DNA from: Amphiscolops sp. MND2022
Lineage: Eukaryota
Assembly (NCBI GenBank): GCA_964187785.1
Contig: OZ076409.1
Coordinates: 50,718,001-50,782,000 of the forward strand
Length of the DNA stretch: 64,000 bases
Reading direction: 5' to 3'
Part shown: in pieces, positions 1 to 13,435 of the stretch
Numbering within the stretch: position 1 is the first letter of the stretch
Layout of the letters: every line of letters starts with the position of its first letter
Notes under the pieces: model-generated
Told to the model about the DNA's origin: nothing
Database searches by the model: none
Seen by the model: the letters and a program-made list of their open reading frames with translations, nothing else
Program-made: the position numbers and the translations under genes

Positions 1-2202
1 ATAAAAGTCGAAATCTCTAATTCTACGCCAGAAATGATCCTTCACTTTTTCGTATTACCATAAAACCTTGTGTATCTCAAGGAAGAAAATTATTCGGATT
101 TAAAAAATATTGCTTTCATCATTTTCTTTCTTGAATCGAAACCTTTCTGTTGGGGATCAGTTGTAAAAAATTCATGAAACTGGGTTTTGAAATTTTCAGT
201 TTTGTAACGAGCGAACCCCCTACGCAAAAATTACTTGTAATCAATGATTAGAGGTGTGCATTTATCAGAGAAATTGGCATGTTTTGAAAATAAATTTCAT
301 CATCCTAGACTTGAGACCCATTTGGAGACCATTTTATTTACCGTGTTTCAAGGGTCCAACTAAATTGAAGGGAGATAGTCTCAGAGTGTCTGACGAAATA
401 TTCAAATATACATTTAGGCAAATTTGTGCGCATTTAAAAACACGAACCCATTATGTGGGATCAAATTTATCCATTGTTTTTCGTAAATTTTTCGCAGACT
501 CTCAGCAACAAACTGACGTTTCGGTGTGACGTTATATTTCTCGTGACATCAATGCACATTAATGTAGGTTGTATTACGTGTAACTGACGTAGAGAGAAGG
601 TGAGCGGATGAGATCCGTTTAGGTTCTACTTATGGTGGATTTTTTCAACTGCTGAAAAGTTTATTTGGTTTTTAAACGTTTTCAGATATAAGCATGTTTG
701 GCTCTCAATTGAAGCTCAAGCAATTTATATATAAACCATACGTCATAATAAACAACCTTTAACGTTTCCTACAAATAGCAACTTGCGTGACGCGCAGTAT
801 AAGTTACGGGTGGTAGAAAGAATAACAATTCACATGACAAATCTTTACATGCATCAAACTAATGCATCTAATCAAATAATATTATATTTGAAAGTGGACT
901 TTGAGCCCTTCTGACTGCAGCATGGGTAACAACATTCTAGCGCTGTGATTGGATGATTTTACTACGGACAACGCGTCAACTGGACTGCATCGTGGTACCA
1001 GTTGAACGCGTCCTTTAACACCTGCAGTAGCACAGCTGTTTCAAATTACTATAAGCACTTTCAACTCAACATTTCAACGAATTGCAGTTATACACATCCG
1101 AGTAATAAACTAGTTCATAAAATGTATTTTTCTATACGAAAAAGACTTATAAAAAACAATAAAATTTCAGTAGTTTGTTGCGTTTGTAAGGAAGCACGGT
1201 CCGTTCGTTTTAAATAGGAAGTACGCCAGACAGAGGAACCTAACTGTAATCTTGGGGACTGCTTTGATACCAGTTGCCGTCACAGGCGATACATGGCCAG
1301 CTTGCATTGAAATCGATGAGCTGCTCCAAGTCGGAACTGTTCATATCCATCAGGTCCTATTCCCTTGTGTCGCAGGCTCCGCCTGCGATGGGAACCAGTA
1401 CTCAATATCGTATAACTACCATCAGGCCTTGCCGAGGACAATTCCCCTAGATTGAATGGAAACCTGCCATTCACAAACTCAAAACTAAAGTTCCAATTTC
1501 ATTTTGTGCTAAAGGTGTTGCTGATGTTTTGATAGTAATCGGACAAAATGTCGAAATGAGTTCATTCCGACTAAAATTAGTGGTACTCGACTAGTGCTTT
1601 ACTGCTTTTGTAAAATTACACGTGTAATTGAACCATGCAGAGTTAAAATTGGACACCAAGGCGTGAGGCAAAAGAAACGTGTTCAAATGTTTTCTTGGCT
1701 GTCGCCGCAGACAGTGAGTCCAAATTATTAACAGCCAATTAGATGCGAGTATTTGTTACTATAATGCGCTGTTCTGTTTGTTTGTGCTCTCAATTAAAGA
1801 CCGTTTACGACCACTCAGCTAATTGGATTGTATTAAGAAGGCTAGTGAAGAGCTAGTTCCATTTTGGATTGACATAGAGGCGCTGTCTACAGTGGAGCAA
1901 AATATTGTCATGTACTTGATAAAAAGAGAACCCCCTTCTATTACCTCGCTAATACCAACCCTAAGATTCCTTGCGTGCAGTAGCAGTAACATTTTAAGAG
2001 TCAGATTTCAATTACCAACTTTCGTCAGAAGTTTTCATTAGCCTTGCGTAAGGTTAAAATAAGCACTGCTTCGACGCTTTAAATAATTTGAGTGCCAAAA
2101 TGTACAAAGGAGGTGAAGTTGAGCTTTGACGTGCTTCGAATTTTACCTCTTATTCTAAGAATTATCAATGAATGTTCTTCATTTTTCGTTTTATAAAAGA
2201 AC

Positions 2203-2794
2203 AACAAGCCGGGACCGGCCCAAGTCGGCGCCATATCCAAGGCTCAAAAGTAGCAAAAGGACTTCCAAGTGTCAATTTACAGTACTCGAAAATCGAAAAA
2301 GCAAAAAAATGGACCGAGTGGCGCGCCGGGGCCCGCTAGCGCGAGCCCCTGGCGCGCTAAAAGGGGGACACTTCCGAAATTGTCAACATTTTTGTCGCAG
2401 TTGAAGGGGGGACCCTTTGGAGAAAAAACAAATTTTCGAAAAGTCTCACAATGCCGAAAAAAACTGAAAGGGGGGACCCTTTGGGCTTTTCCAACATCCA
2501 GTCTGTCGCTAAACAGCAAAAAATTGATGGGGGTGCCTTTGGGGAATTTTTTTTCCGAAAAAAAGTCTCGCAGTGCCAAAAAAAATTGAAAGGGGGGACC
2601 TTTTGGTATGGTATGTTACGCGGGAAAATAGGAAAAACCTTTTTGGTTCAGTTCGCTATACCAAATAGTGCAATTTGGTGCAATGATATTTTGTAGAACT
2701 TTCAAGAACTATTTTGGTCAGTTCGTGTGGATTGGGAAAAAAGAAAAGCCACTATAATAGTCGCGTTTCACTTCATGAAGCGCCGACTAAAAAA
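2203..2794 (-). mobile_element. Non-autonomous Helentron/Helitron2-like element (HINE-like), full length
   Basis: On the - strand it starts TTTTAGTCGGCGC and ends GCGCCGACTTGG-GCCG GTCC CGGC-TTGTT, i.e. an asymmetric sub-TIR plus a 3' hairpin. Internal tandem units AAAGGGGGACCCTTT and TCTCACAATGCCGAAAAA. Confidence 0.75.
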
Positions 2795-3415
2795 CCAACA
2801 TCAAAGGTTCTCATTTTCCCCCGAAGAAATCTTTCGACCTCAAGTAGCATTAGCTTTAAAAATTTTACCTTTCTGAAATACAAATCAAAAAATGAAGGAA
2901 TTTGATAGATATGCGCTCTAAGTTTCCGGTGTTTGGCATTTCTTTCTCGGATATTCTTCAACTGACAACAGAAAGGACGTAGACTTATTTTTAACTTCCG
3001 ATGCGAATTCCCCTATTCTTGGGTTCAACTAATGATTATTTAATCGAATTTCCTCATTCGTTGATCCACAGGGTATTCCCTCAGATGTGAAGACCTTTTA
3101 GTCGGAAACAGGACGTCTAAAATTTTAACCAAGTCTTAATTGAATAACGTTTTTTTTTCGAGCGAACTCCCAAAAGGTACAGAAAAGGTTCTAAAAGGTT
3201 CACCTCAAGCCTGTTGAATCTGAAATGATGCTAATAAAAACAGCAAATGAAACATTTACTACATATTACGATGATTACTTGTTGCAAATTGGCAAGTTTC
3301 TCGTGCATGAATTTTCACTTCCTGTATACACATCAGTTTTCAAATTTAAGCGAGCAAAATGCTCAATTTTCAATTCCATGTATTTCGTTTCAACTCAAAT
3401 CAACACAGCATAACA

Positions 3416-4443
3416 AACAAGCCGGGACCGGCCCAAGTCGACGCCATAGCTCAAAAATAGCTAAATTACTTCAAAGTGTCAAAGTGCTCTCTTCTACAGC
3501 ATCCGAAAAACCCAAAAGATGGATCGAATTGGCGCGCCAGGGGGGACACTTTGAGATTTTTTATCTGTTCTGTCGCGAATCATCAAAAATTAAAGGCATG
3601 ACTCTTTGGCGGATAACAATTTATAGACGAAAAAGGCCAAAAAAACTGAAAGGGTAGCCTCGTAACCCTGTAGTCTCGCTAAAAAACTGAAAACCCTGTA
3701 GCCTCGCCCGATGCTGTATGTTACGCGGAAAAAAAGGAAAAACCTTTTTGGTTCAGTTCCCTGGGCTAACAGAAACACTTTAAACCCGAATTGGAGGAAG
3801 AATTTTGGAAGAATTTTCGGGATCCACCCAAAAATCTGGCACTTAAACTTTAAACCGCAATATCTCCAAAAACTATTCAAGTCCGACAAACGATTTATAC
3901 AGCGTTCGAAAGAAGAGCATCAGGACTTTCAAATCAATTTTCAAACTGTTGGGCTGGGGGCCGCACTGGCTCCGGACTTTGCGCCAAAACTTTGCACGCG
4001 TTGCGTCTCTGACTGCATTTCAGCATGTTATAAAACATGTTATAGCCACTTTGACCCAATCTTGTCCGCAGTGGTATAAAGTGGCCACAGGAGAAAACAG
4101 GAAAAACGGAAACTTTGAGCAGAGTTTTTTTTAATTTTTTCAATCCCGTTTTTTTGATTTTGGAGACGTGAAGTCAACAATCCGTCAAAATGCGTGCAAT
4201 GCTGTGTAATCATGTCTAAAATTCTTATTCAAGAGTTTTCTTCACCATGCTGTCAGCTGGTGCCCTTAGAAATTTGCAGATCTTGAGTGGTACAAAAGCG
4301 TACCACAATGCTATTACGGCTTTTAACTTTGTATCACTTTTGGTAGAACTATTTTGGTCACTACGGGTTTATAAAGAACAAAAACACTGACGAAAAGCTA
4401 CGACTGTAGTCGACTCCTTTCCTAATACAAGCGCCGACTAAAA
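3416..4443 (-). mobile_element. HINE-like element interrupted by an unrelated ~0.55 kb insert (~3776-4325)
   Basis: Both termini present (aacaagccgggaccggcccaagtcg ... gcgccgactaaaa). Family sequence stops near 3775 and resumes near 4330 (gtagaactattttggtca). Confidence 0.65.
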
Positions 4444-4462
4444 TTTATCTAACTCAGATTGT

Positions 4463-5550
4463 TGTAATCGAAACCGATCTCCTGGGAGTCTACTGAGATC
4501 TGCCTTCTCTCTATGTAGCAATTACTAAGATTTGAACTCATTTGAGGGCAGTTTTCCCACGTTTTGCGGTATTTTTTTTACTTCGGGGCTCCTGTGTAGC
4601 CCATCGGACAGAAGGTCCACTTTTGCATTTAACCCTGTTTCCTGCGTTTAAAGAATACCACGAGGGGAAGGATATACTTTCTCTGTTGTTACGGAGTCTA
4701 TAGCTCGCAAAATCTGAGAATTAATGTCCAATCTAATCTCATCAAGTTTCCTTGCAACTCGGCTTGTAGTTTCACAATTATTCCTTTGTGCAATTTCTAG
4801 AGTGATTTTGCTATTTTCTCTGCTATTTGCATCTACCAAAGACCTGCAATTATCAACCATGTGGTTTACACGGGTTTACATTTCGATGTAGCTCATTGGA
4901 CTCAATGTCCACTTCTATTTCTCTTTAATTCTGATAACTTTCTTACTCATTTCCTAACATGCTCATAGTAGTTGCTTCTCATCACGTTTATATTCTCAAA
5001 CTCGGACACCGCTTCTTATTGTCTTCTGCTCTTCTCTTTCGCTTCTTGTTTACTAGTTGAAGGCACATTGGAAATGGGGGAATGTTGAATGACTGCTATC
5101 GAGTTGTTTTCAATCAACACTTCATGTTATGAATGAAGCGCTTAGTTGAACGCACTAGCGAGAGTAATGGATCTACAGTCCATTTGACTAGAGACTCTAA
5201 ACATCTCCGATTGGTTATTAAATTCCAAAGGAAGGCGTACTAAGCTAACCAAACCGTTGGCTTACTTGAACGCGTTATCTTTGAGACTAGCAGTCTAATT
5301 ACATTTTGCAATTTCAAAGAAGTTGCGAAAATAATTGCAGCCTCTGGTTCATATTAACAAGTATAACTACATGACTAAACTTACAAATATCAGTTGTGCA
5401 AACATAGTACAAAATATAGGACTAGGTTTTATTGATTGCATTGATAATTTGGTGGTGTAGTCTTGCGGACCTGACGCCCCATTGCTCAAATGGGAACTAC
5501 TCCCGGTGGTAGATTTGCATAATCGCCCTCAGCGCAAATTTTGTAATATT
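4463..5550 (-). mobile_element. LTR-like unit, family A, with decayed internal ORF (4463-5068)
   Basis: - strand peptide PSTSKQEAKEKSRRQ*EAVSEFENINVM...VARKLDEIRLDINSQILRAIDSVTTEKVYP is homologous to those at 15758 and 58374. Ends ...GATTACA. Right boundary approximate. Confidence 0.5.
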
Positions 5551-5759
5551 TGTCGACTCAATAATTTGAGTTTTTTGTACCAATTGAAAATTGCGGGGTA
5601 TTGACTTGGACCGATTCAAGTGTGCGAAATCTGTCAGTGCAAAAACTGATGAAAAACGTAGAGACTTAGCGGTAAAGGAATCACGGCCTACTCTAGAAAC
5701 ATTTAGGAATACGTTTATAGCCCTAAAAATCCTTTTCGAGTACTATGGAATCTCGTTGT

Positions 5760-6985
5760 TGTTACGACTTGCACATGGGTCGTTATTTTGAGTAGAGTTT
5801 ATCCTCACTGACTTCGTGGGTGTATATAAACTTCAAGTTTCATTCTCTAAGTCATTTTCATCTTCTTCTCTTGTATTTTTTCCTGCTTTAGGTTTTAACA
5901 ACTTCAGCATCTCCCATTGGGATTCTATCAGAAGGTTCTTAATCTCAGAAGTAATCGCCTCTTCCAAAGAAGTTCTCAAACTTTCTAAGATGCTATTTTT
6001 GATTCGATGGGATTTGGCACTGGAATGTCCCGCAACTAACACGTCTTGATCCAGAAGGCCGGAATTTCCTGTAGCTACTGGATAAATTAAACCCTCACTT
6101 ACGTTCTCGGTGCTATCCTGATTCTAGTTCTTCCTTTTGTGACTTCTTGTTGTAGACATCTTGATGAAAAGAGTTTGAATATCTGTTTTCAATTGAGTTT
6201 TTACTATTTTCTTTGAGCAAAGACAAATCAAAGGCTATAAAGCGTGAGATATAGATCAACTGTACTTTATCGGATGCACCGTATTTATACACTCTTAGCA
6301 TCATTTGATCACGAATGAATTCCTAAATTTCCATTAACAATTAGTCAGTTCCTGTATTTTAGGTGAACAAATCATCAAGATCCCCAATTTGCGGCGACTT
6401 TTTGTCAAATTTAAGGACACGAAAACTCTAACCCGGCATTAGTCATCAAACATGATCATATCATTTCATTCCAACTCCCTTTTGTTTCCTCCAAGCAGGA
6501 AGTAGATTTTGCATCAGTCTGTCAAAATATTTCCATGTTTTTCTGCTTTGGTTCGTATGAAAGAATATGATGCTGACGTGAACAATTAATACCTGATTTT
6601 GAAATTTGAGTCGAAGGAAAATGATGACCAATCTCTTCGATTGAAACAATTGGTGATGCTAGGAGAATAGAAAAGCTAATTAATGAATGCAAGCTTTCAA
6701 TAATTTAGCTTAAATTATTATTTCCATCAACTAATACTTTGGTAATTTTTAAAGATACATTAACGTTAATCAGTTTCAAATGTAGAAACAATCATCGCAT
6801 TAGTAACGATAACCAATTGTACATTTATAATATTAATTTATATCAACGACATTTCAACAGCAACAATATGCGATATTCTTTCATGTCGGTGACTCAATAA
6901 CAGGTACTGTATACTAGTAACAAATGTATCACAAACTGCAAAAGTTAGTCCAAACATGAATTCCACAAGTTGTCCACATGTCACA
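5760..6985 (-). mobile_element. LTR-like unit, family B, with internal ORF (6159-5760)
   Basis: MSTTRSHKRKN*...LRTSLEEAITSEIKNLLIESQWEMLKLLKP...YTPTKSVRI...ASRN is homologous to the 61420 ORF. Ends ...GTCGTAACA. Right boundary uncertain. Confidence 0.5.
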
Positions 6986-8647
6986 ATCTGGTACTAAACA
7001 GCTTCACAATATGGCTATTTCAAAAAAATAGAACAATCACAAACACAAAATCTTCCAGGATCAAAAAACTGTTGTTTTAATTCCTCATATATATAAACTG
7101 TGACTTTTAATGAATTTTGTATTGTTTCCTCCAAGTCGAAACTTAGTAAGTCCTAAGTTTTGCATTTCGAATATCAACAATTTTGTTTAACTGAAAGTAG
7201 ATGTATTCTATGAGCTTCCCACTATATCCTAGCTAAATTTAAACGTAATCCGAAGCCTTACCCCTCTGATATTTTCTGTCGAATCTGCGTTCAATTTACT
7301 TTATTAGAATGGACAAAATAGCTATTTTGATGGATTTGCGACGTAGCGTTGACAAGTTTCTTAGCTAGCTAGACAGGCTTCCAAATTTGACGAGCTGCTG
7401 ACGAGTATTTCGGAATGCAATTCTAGCTAGTTGCCAAGCTAGTTACCTAGTATCGACGAGTAATTTGGAATGATTTCATCTAGCAGTCTGCTGGTGAGGT
7501 GTTGCTGACGTCACTAATAGAGGAATATCAGCAGCCTCGGCCATATTGGTTACTTAGCGTCGAGTCGTCGTCCTTATCTGCATTAAGTGCCTTTCAAAGA
7601 GTAAATAAGCTGCCTTTTCTCAGAAAGGCGTACATCTTTTAATGTTTGTCTCGAATGTCTTTTAATGTGTTTGTCTCAAACGTCCCAAATTTAATACTGG
7701 TTTCATGTTGAGAATGACTGTAGTATTGCGTGGCATAAACGTCTCAGTGGAAATGTGTGAAATTGTTCAATCTGTTCATTTTTGGCGAACGCTTCCGTTT
7801 TAGATGCGTTCAATTTTGTTACTCATTTTCATTTTTGTATTCGCTCGACAGTAGTCATATTTCCTATCTTCAAGTCTCAGTTTATTTCAATCAAAGATTA
7901 AGTCTAACAGTTGAAGTACCATCTTGGGAACCTTGAGCCACAGCCATGTCCTCTCCCGATGCCTATTCGTCAGCACCCGCAAACCAGTCCGGGAGCGGCA
8001 TGTGACAATTGTATGAATTGAAATCTGGAAAAGTATGAAATTGACAAAAACAACTGACATTTCAGAACAAAATGTAGTCAAAAGTTTTCTCTCAGTCTTA
8101 TCGTGACAAGGAAAAGAAAGAGATGAATTTGATACTCAAAGTAGCCGGATTTCTGGAAGAAAATGTGATGAATCGTTTCCTAAATTGGCGCATTTTCTTT
8201 TTTGTTTTTTTTTGTTGACGAAAAAATTATTCGAACACATCCTAACCAATGTCAATCGCCATGATAATTTCCGTCAATCGAAAATCCTTGTTACCGAAAT
8301 ACGCTATATCTTGATCCGTTCTAAATGATCCGTTCATCACATTCTTAGATTTTTTTGAAATGAAAAAAATACGCGTTGACAGATTGTGCTCTGAAGTTGT
8401 GTTCTAAAAAAACTGATATCATTGGCTGACTAGGCATTGCTTTTCACATCTAATCCGTTCATGCTGCTTCGCTCACAGCTGAGAATCTAATATTTTAAGT
8501 TTTCTCGCTTTTTTCAGGGTCAGTTTTAGAGAAAAATTGTGCTGAATCAAATCTCAATTTCAATAAAGAAAACTAAAGATACATTTATAAAATTGTACCT
8601 TTCAGACGGTGGATTAAAGACCGGCATGTTTGAGAGATTTGAAGGTG

Positions 8648-8861
8648 TTTTTGGTCGGTGCCTTTTGTTTAGCAAAAAATGCCCGACTCTTGAGTGACCT
8701 TTGTTTCTAGAGATCACAGACCTCACACTGAAAGGCCCATTTTTACAGAAACTACTAAAGGTAAGTCTGGCCAGCGGAAACTTAGTGCCTGGGCATATTT
8801 CAGAAATGTTGCTCTTTTGAGCTTCAGATAAAGCGCCGACTTAAGACGTTCCCGTCTTGTT
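8648..8861 (+). mobile_element. Short, internally deleted HINE-like copy
   Basis: ttttggtcggtgcc ... gcgccgacttaa-gacgttcccgtc-ttgtt. Confidence 0.6.
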
Positions 8862-8900
8862 CGACTATAATTTTGTTCGAAAATGTTTATTCGAACATCT

Positions 8901-9514
8901 CATGTTGAGCCTTGCTTCAGAATCTGTACAGAACTGTGAGCCTTGTTCCCTTGAGGATCTGTAAGATTTCTAGATAAATTTTTAGGGAACTTCTAGGGAA
9001 CCGACATATTGCAAATCCATTTTTGGGCTTCTCCAACTGCTTTGCCTAGTACTTTAGCTGACCAGCTTCAGTCAAGTGAACCTCTTCTTCGTTCAAAATT
9101 CTGGAGCAGGAAAATTTTTGCCCAGCTCGGTAATTTTCGTGACTGGTGAATGTTCGGTTGTAGGTTATACACGGTAATTCATCCATTTCACTTCTACTTC
9201 CCAGAAATTGTTTTTGAACTTTGAGAGGCTAGTTTGCCACATTGACTTCGATCTGGCGGATGAAATTAGACATGTGGCGATTTCTGGGTCGGTAGAGGTG
9301 TTGATGGATGAAGTGATGTTGTTGTAATATTTCGGAAACATGGTTTGCTGGAGTAATTTCAGTAATTGCTGGTAACTCGGAATACGTTATTGTAATTTAT
9401 TGGTGATTTTCGTGTGGTTAATTTTCGACAAATCCTAGAATATCCGATATCCGATCACAGAGTCTGTGAGGATCTGTATAGATCTGTACAGGTTCGCAGG
9501 AAGTGTTCAACATG
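8901..9514. mobile_element. MITE-like element with degenerate ~30 bp TIRs
   Basis: Left catgttgagccttgcttcagaatctgtacaga versus right tctgtacaggttcgcaggaagtgttcaacatg. Confidence 0.45.
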
Positions 9515-12386
9515 GGGTTCTTTACAAAACTGCTTTTTCAATTCTTCAAGCTAAGCTATAGAATCACATTGAAATTCTAAAAAAACTGTAACTTTTCTGG
9601 ATGCTTTTTTGAAAGATTAGACAACAAAAATTGACATTTTACGTTACATCATTACAAACAAAGTTGCATGCTTTTAGAACATCACTGTATTTTGGAGATT
9701 CATCATTGAGCACCCTGGTTGGAACTGCTTGCACTTTTTACAAGTTTTTGTAAATTACCAAGCTAATTTTTCATGACTTTATAAAATTCTCAAGGAAACG
9801 TCCATGCATTAAAACTTCACTGATGCAATTCAAATTTATCAAGCTGCCTACAAGATGCATCCTAAATTTGGCGGCAATTCTGAGCGGCGAAGTTTTGCCG
9901 GTTTCATGAAGACGCCGATCTAATTTTGAAAGCAGCTGAGACCGTCATCAATTTTACCGCGCTTTCAATTCAAATAAATTTCAGTAACATTATAAGTTTC
10001 AAAGTAGCGTCATATTCAGCGTGCTATTTGACTAACGGTGTTTAAATAAGATACTTACTTGAGAAACTTACGCGTGAAAACAAAGTGATCGCGGTGGTGA
10101 AGAAGTGGAAATGTTTTCAGTTTTAACTCCAATAGTGAAAACTGCATAGTAATCCTACAAAATGTTTCCATGCATGGTCCCTGAATTTTCCATGTTTTAT
10201 AAAAAATTAGCCGGCATTTTTTGAAGGTGCATGTAAAACTTCGCGGCAACTTCGACTAGGGCAAATGCCAATTTCAACCAAAATTTCAAGAAAATTCGAT
10301 GATTGAAAACAATTATTTTTTTTCAGGGAAGCATTACAATTTAAGTTGAACTGAACAAACTTTACTTTTAGCAATGAACTCTCAATCAGGTTAAAACAAC
10401 CGAATCAGCTTAATAAAGTTGGATGCTAAAGAAAAGGATCAAGTGACGCCAAAAAGAGTCGAAATTGAGCTCATCACTAAAGTTAAGCTGAAAAGGTCAT
10501 GCATCTCATTAATAACTAAATTAAAAGATAAACGGTCAAAGTTTATCACATTTGCAATTTCTATTTTCTCAAGTCCAATAGTCTTGCGAGAAAATCAAGC
10601 AAATTAACTTCATCAATTTTTCAAAAGGAAGATTGGGTTTTTTAAAATGGAACATTTTGAAACCAAAAATGTATTTTTCCCTAACACTTAAAACGCAACC
10701 GCTATAGTAAACGAGGAACTCAGACCGGATAAATTTCCCACTGACCAGTTGTCTTTTATACGTCAAGAATAAGTGATCAATAACTACATAATCAAACTAC
10801 ACAATAAACTACATAAACTTGCATAATAAAGAGTTTTAAATCAGAACAGTTTTCCAGGGTACCAATTTGGCTATATTAGGTCTTTGCGTCTTTACCCAAA
10901 TCAAAACCCGATTTATATTCTTCGACAGTTTGTAGAAAACGTCGGACATTTCTTCCAAAATACGTCCATGATTCTTACCGGAAAAGTCTGGCCTTGTAGG
11001 AAATACAGTAAGGTACCAAAAGCTTACACACACCTAGTTTTTGAAAGATTTCTTGTTTGTTTGTTTGTTCGTGGAAAAACAAATGTTCGTGGAAAGTCAT
11101 GATTTGGTGTTTATTTCTCGAGCATTTTTCGACCCAGGTGCTGTACCAACTGTATCCTATTTTTTTTTAAAAAAAAATGAGTTTGTTGCAGTTTGACGTT
11201 CCTCAATTCACTGACTGTAGAATGGTCCCATTTTTTAATTGGTCTCAAAAACAAGGAAATACAAATACCCCAGCTTCCTCTATTTCACCAATACCAAAAT
11301 CTTGCGGAAACGCTTTTAAAAAACGAGTTTTCACATCTAAATACTCCACATTTCACATCCAAAAGCGAAGAGTATCAATTTGACAGTTTACATCATCAAA
11401 TTTCTGATTGTTGCAAAAGTTCTCAGCAAAATAAGTTTCAAACCTTTTTGTCACAAAAAGAGGGCATTCAAGTTGATTCTGACAAGGTTGTCACACAGAG
11501 CCGATAAACTTAGGAAAATTCAAAACTAACCTGTAGATAACTTTATCAAAATCCAAAAATTAAGGCTTAATTGGGCATTATTTTGATGTTTGGAAGCAAC
11601 ATTAGGTTTTTCGTTGAGTGAAAGTGTACACGTGTTTCATGAGAAGAATCAGCAATGGCGAAATTGAATATCAGAAAAATCTATCGCTAAAAATCAGTTG
11701 TTTCAATCCGGCTGATCTGTTGTGTACTGTATCTGACGTGCAAGAAACCAACAGTTTTTTCTGAAATGAAAGGCTGTCGAAAGATTCTTGCAATAAATGC
11801 CTGATAATTTGGATTTTCGTGGGACTCTTGCACGATTAAGCCTATGTGTTCATATGTTTCAAAATGTCGTTTTAATGAATAAGATTAAACCTTTACTGAT
11901 CATGCCATGGACATCCATGAGAAATTACCGACCGTGTGAACAAATGAATTCCTATAAATCCATTAGCAAATTTTCCGCATCCATAATTCGATGTCTAAGG
12001 TCTCTAACAAACTCTTTCTTCCTCGAGTCCGGGAGTTTTTTGTTCACAAAGATCTAGTTTTCCTGTCAGTTGCAAAGCTATGCGGATGAATTGTCATTTT
12101 GGATTTTCATCATTTGTTGGTAAATAAAAGCGTAAGCCACATGAATTAAACGAACCTTGAAACAAACTTTGACTTTTTAGTGATGGTATTGCATAATTTA
12201 TTCCATTATACCATGCCTTCAAAGTACTTTAGTGAGTTTATCGAATTACAACCGATACATTGTTTTATTTCATCAGTCTTTGTTGACATTAATCAGAGAA
12301 TCATTTTTTTCAGGAAAACTCTTAACCCCAAAATGCAAACTTTTATATCATCTTCGTGAATCTATTCTCATGTATTTTTCTTGCAG

Positions 12387-12581
12387 GTCTGTATGCAGCG
12401 ATGACAACATCAGCGTGTTTCACCCTGGAGAGGGCGCTTGCAGTGTGTGACCCGCTGAAGAGCATGCGTTTGTGCACCCGCAACAAAAGCGTACGCATCT
12501 GTGTCGTCAGCTGGGTCCTCTCAGTCGCTTACAACGTCATCACTGGAGTTCTCAAACTCGTCATCTATCAACACCTTTCAG
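12387..12581 (+). CDS. Class A GPCR (TRHR/GHSR/NMUR-like peptide receptor), exon encoding TM3-ICL2-TM4
   Basis: Translates to (G)LYAAMTTSACFTLERALAVCDPLKSMRLCTRNKSVRICVVSWVLSVAYNVITGVLKLVIYQHLS, with the (D/E)RY-type motif FTLERxxAVCxP and the TM4 Trp. Acceptor tttttcttgcag| and donor G|gtgagt are both phase 1. Confidence 0.9.
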
Positions 12582-12769
12582 GTGAGTTACAGAGTATTAA
12601 CGTGTACGGTCGTAAAACCTCTAGTTGCTTTGTACTTCTTCGTCCGATCCTTTTAGTGTCTGAATATCAAAGATTTGTTGTCTCGCGTTATGAATTAAAT
12701 ATTATGTAAAATGTCGAATTGGATATAACGGGACACACGCGGTTTAAAAAAGACATCTGTCGAAGATTA

Positions 12770-13435
12770 CCAAATATTTTGTTTTTGGAAATTTCGTCGC
12801 CGGAAAATTTTCCGTCAGAAATTTTGTCGTGGGAAATTTCGTCGTCCGAAATTTCATCGTCGGAAATTTCGTCGTCGGTAATTACGTTCTACGAAACTTT
12901 GTCGCATTTTAGCATTTTAGGCCATCGACTAGAAATCGTAAGAGAATCAATTCCTATTTAGTCTAAAATTCGTAACAATTCGTCATAACTACAATCAATT
13001 ATGCATTTGCGAAAAAAGTTTCAAAACCGATGTTTTGACCATTCAAAAAAAATCTCTATCACAGATTTTTTCACACCTTACGTCTATGCATAATCACGCC
13101 GTTTGTGCGATTTGTGAACAACTGGTTCATTGTATGTTTGTAGACTAATTAAATGGTGAAAATATCCCATTGCTCAAGCGGCTCGCCTCGATGTATCAAT
13201 TGAATGCAATCAACTTTTTGCCTCAATGTTGGTGCTGTCAAACTGAAGCTTGTTCTTAAGATCTCAGTTTGATAACTAAGTACATGAATAATGAAATTGG
13301 TATCTTTCGTGAAAGCTGTTAGTTTTAATCAAAACACGAAATTTCTGATGACGAGATTTCTGGATTTGCTGAAACGACGAAAGCTCTCAAGACGAAATTT
13401 GTGACAAAAAACAATTTGGCGACAAAATTTCCGCC
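12770..13435. repeat. Foldback-type element with 15-bp subterminal tandem repeats
   Basis: Units of the form GGAAATTTCGTCGTC at 12787-12905, with inverted units (ACGAAATTT...) at ~13335-13432. Confidence 0.55.

Noticed and set aside
1252..1474. Overlapping ORFs in a GC-richer patch
   Set aside because: No recognisable motif. It lies next to an LTR-like fragment (~790-1250), so a TE remnant is more likely.
2168..2961. Cluster of K/F/G-rich ORFs (also at 20576, 21201, 49644, 56929, 59515)
   Set aside because: Chance translations of the non-coding HINE-like repeat.
3776..4325. Possible piggyBac-like MITE (TTAA-like flanks) inside a HINE
   Set aside because: The termini are too degenerate to confirm TIRs or a TTAA TSD.
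7506..7513. CRE palindrome TGACGTCA as a promoter element
   Set aside because: A single 8-mer with no supported transcription start nearby.
7911..8015. GC-richer block with AG/GT-like borders as a candidate upstream GPCR exon
   Set aside because: No frame gives TM2/ECL1 features or places Cys3.25 ten residues before the phase 1 junction.
12785..12905. Regular short repeats resembling a CRISPR array (also 55450-55670)
   Set aside because: No unique spacers of constant length, no cas genes and a eukaryotic context; these are TE subterminal repeats.
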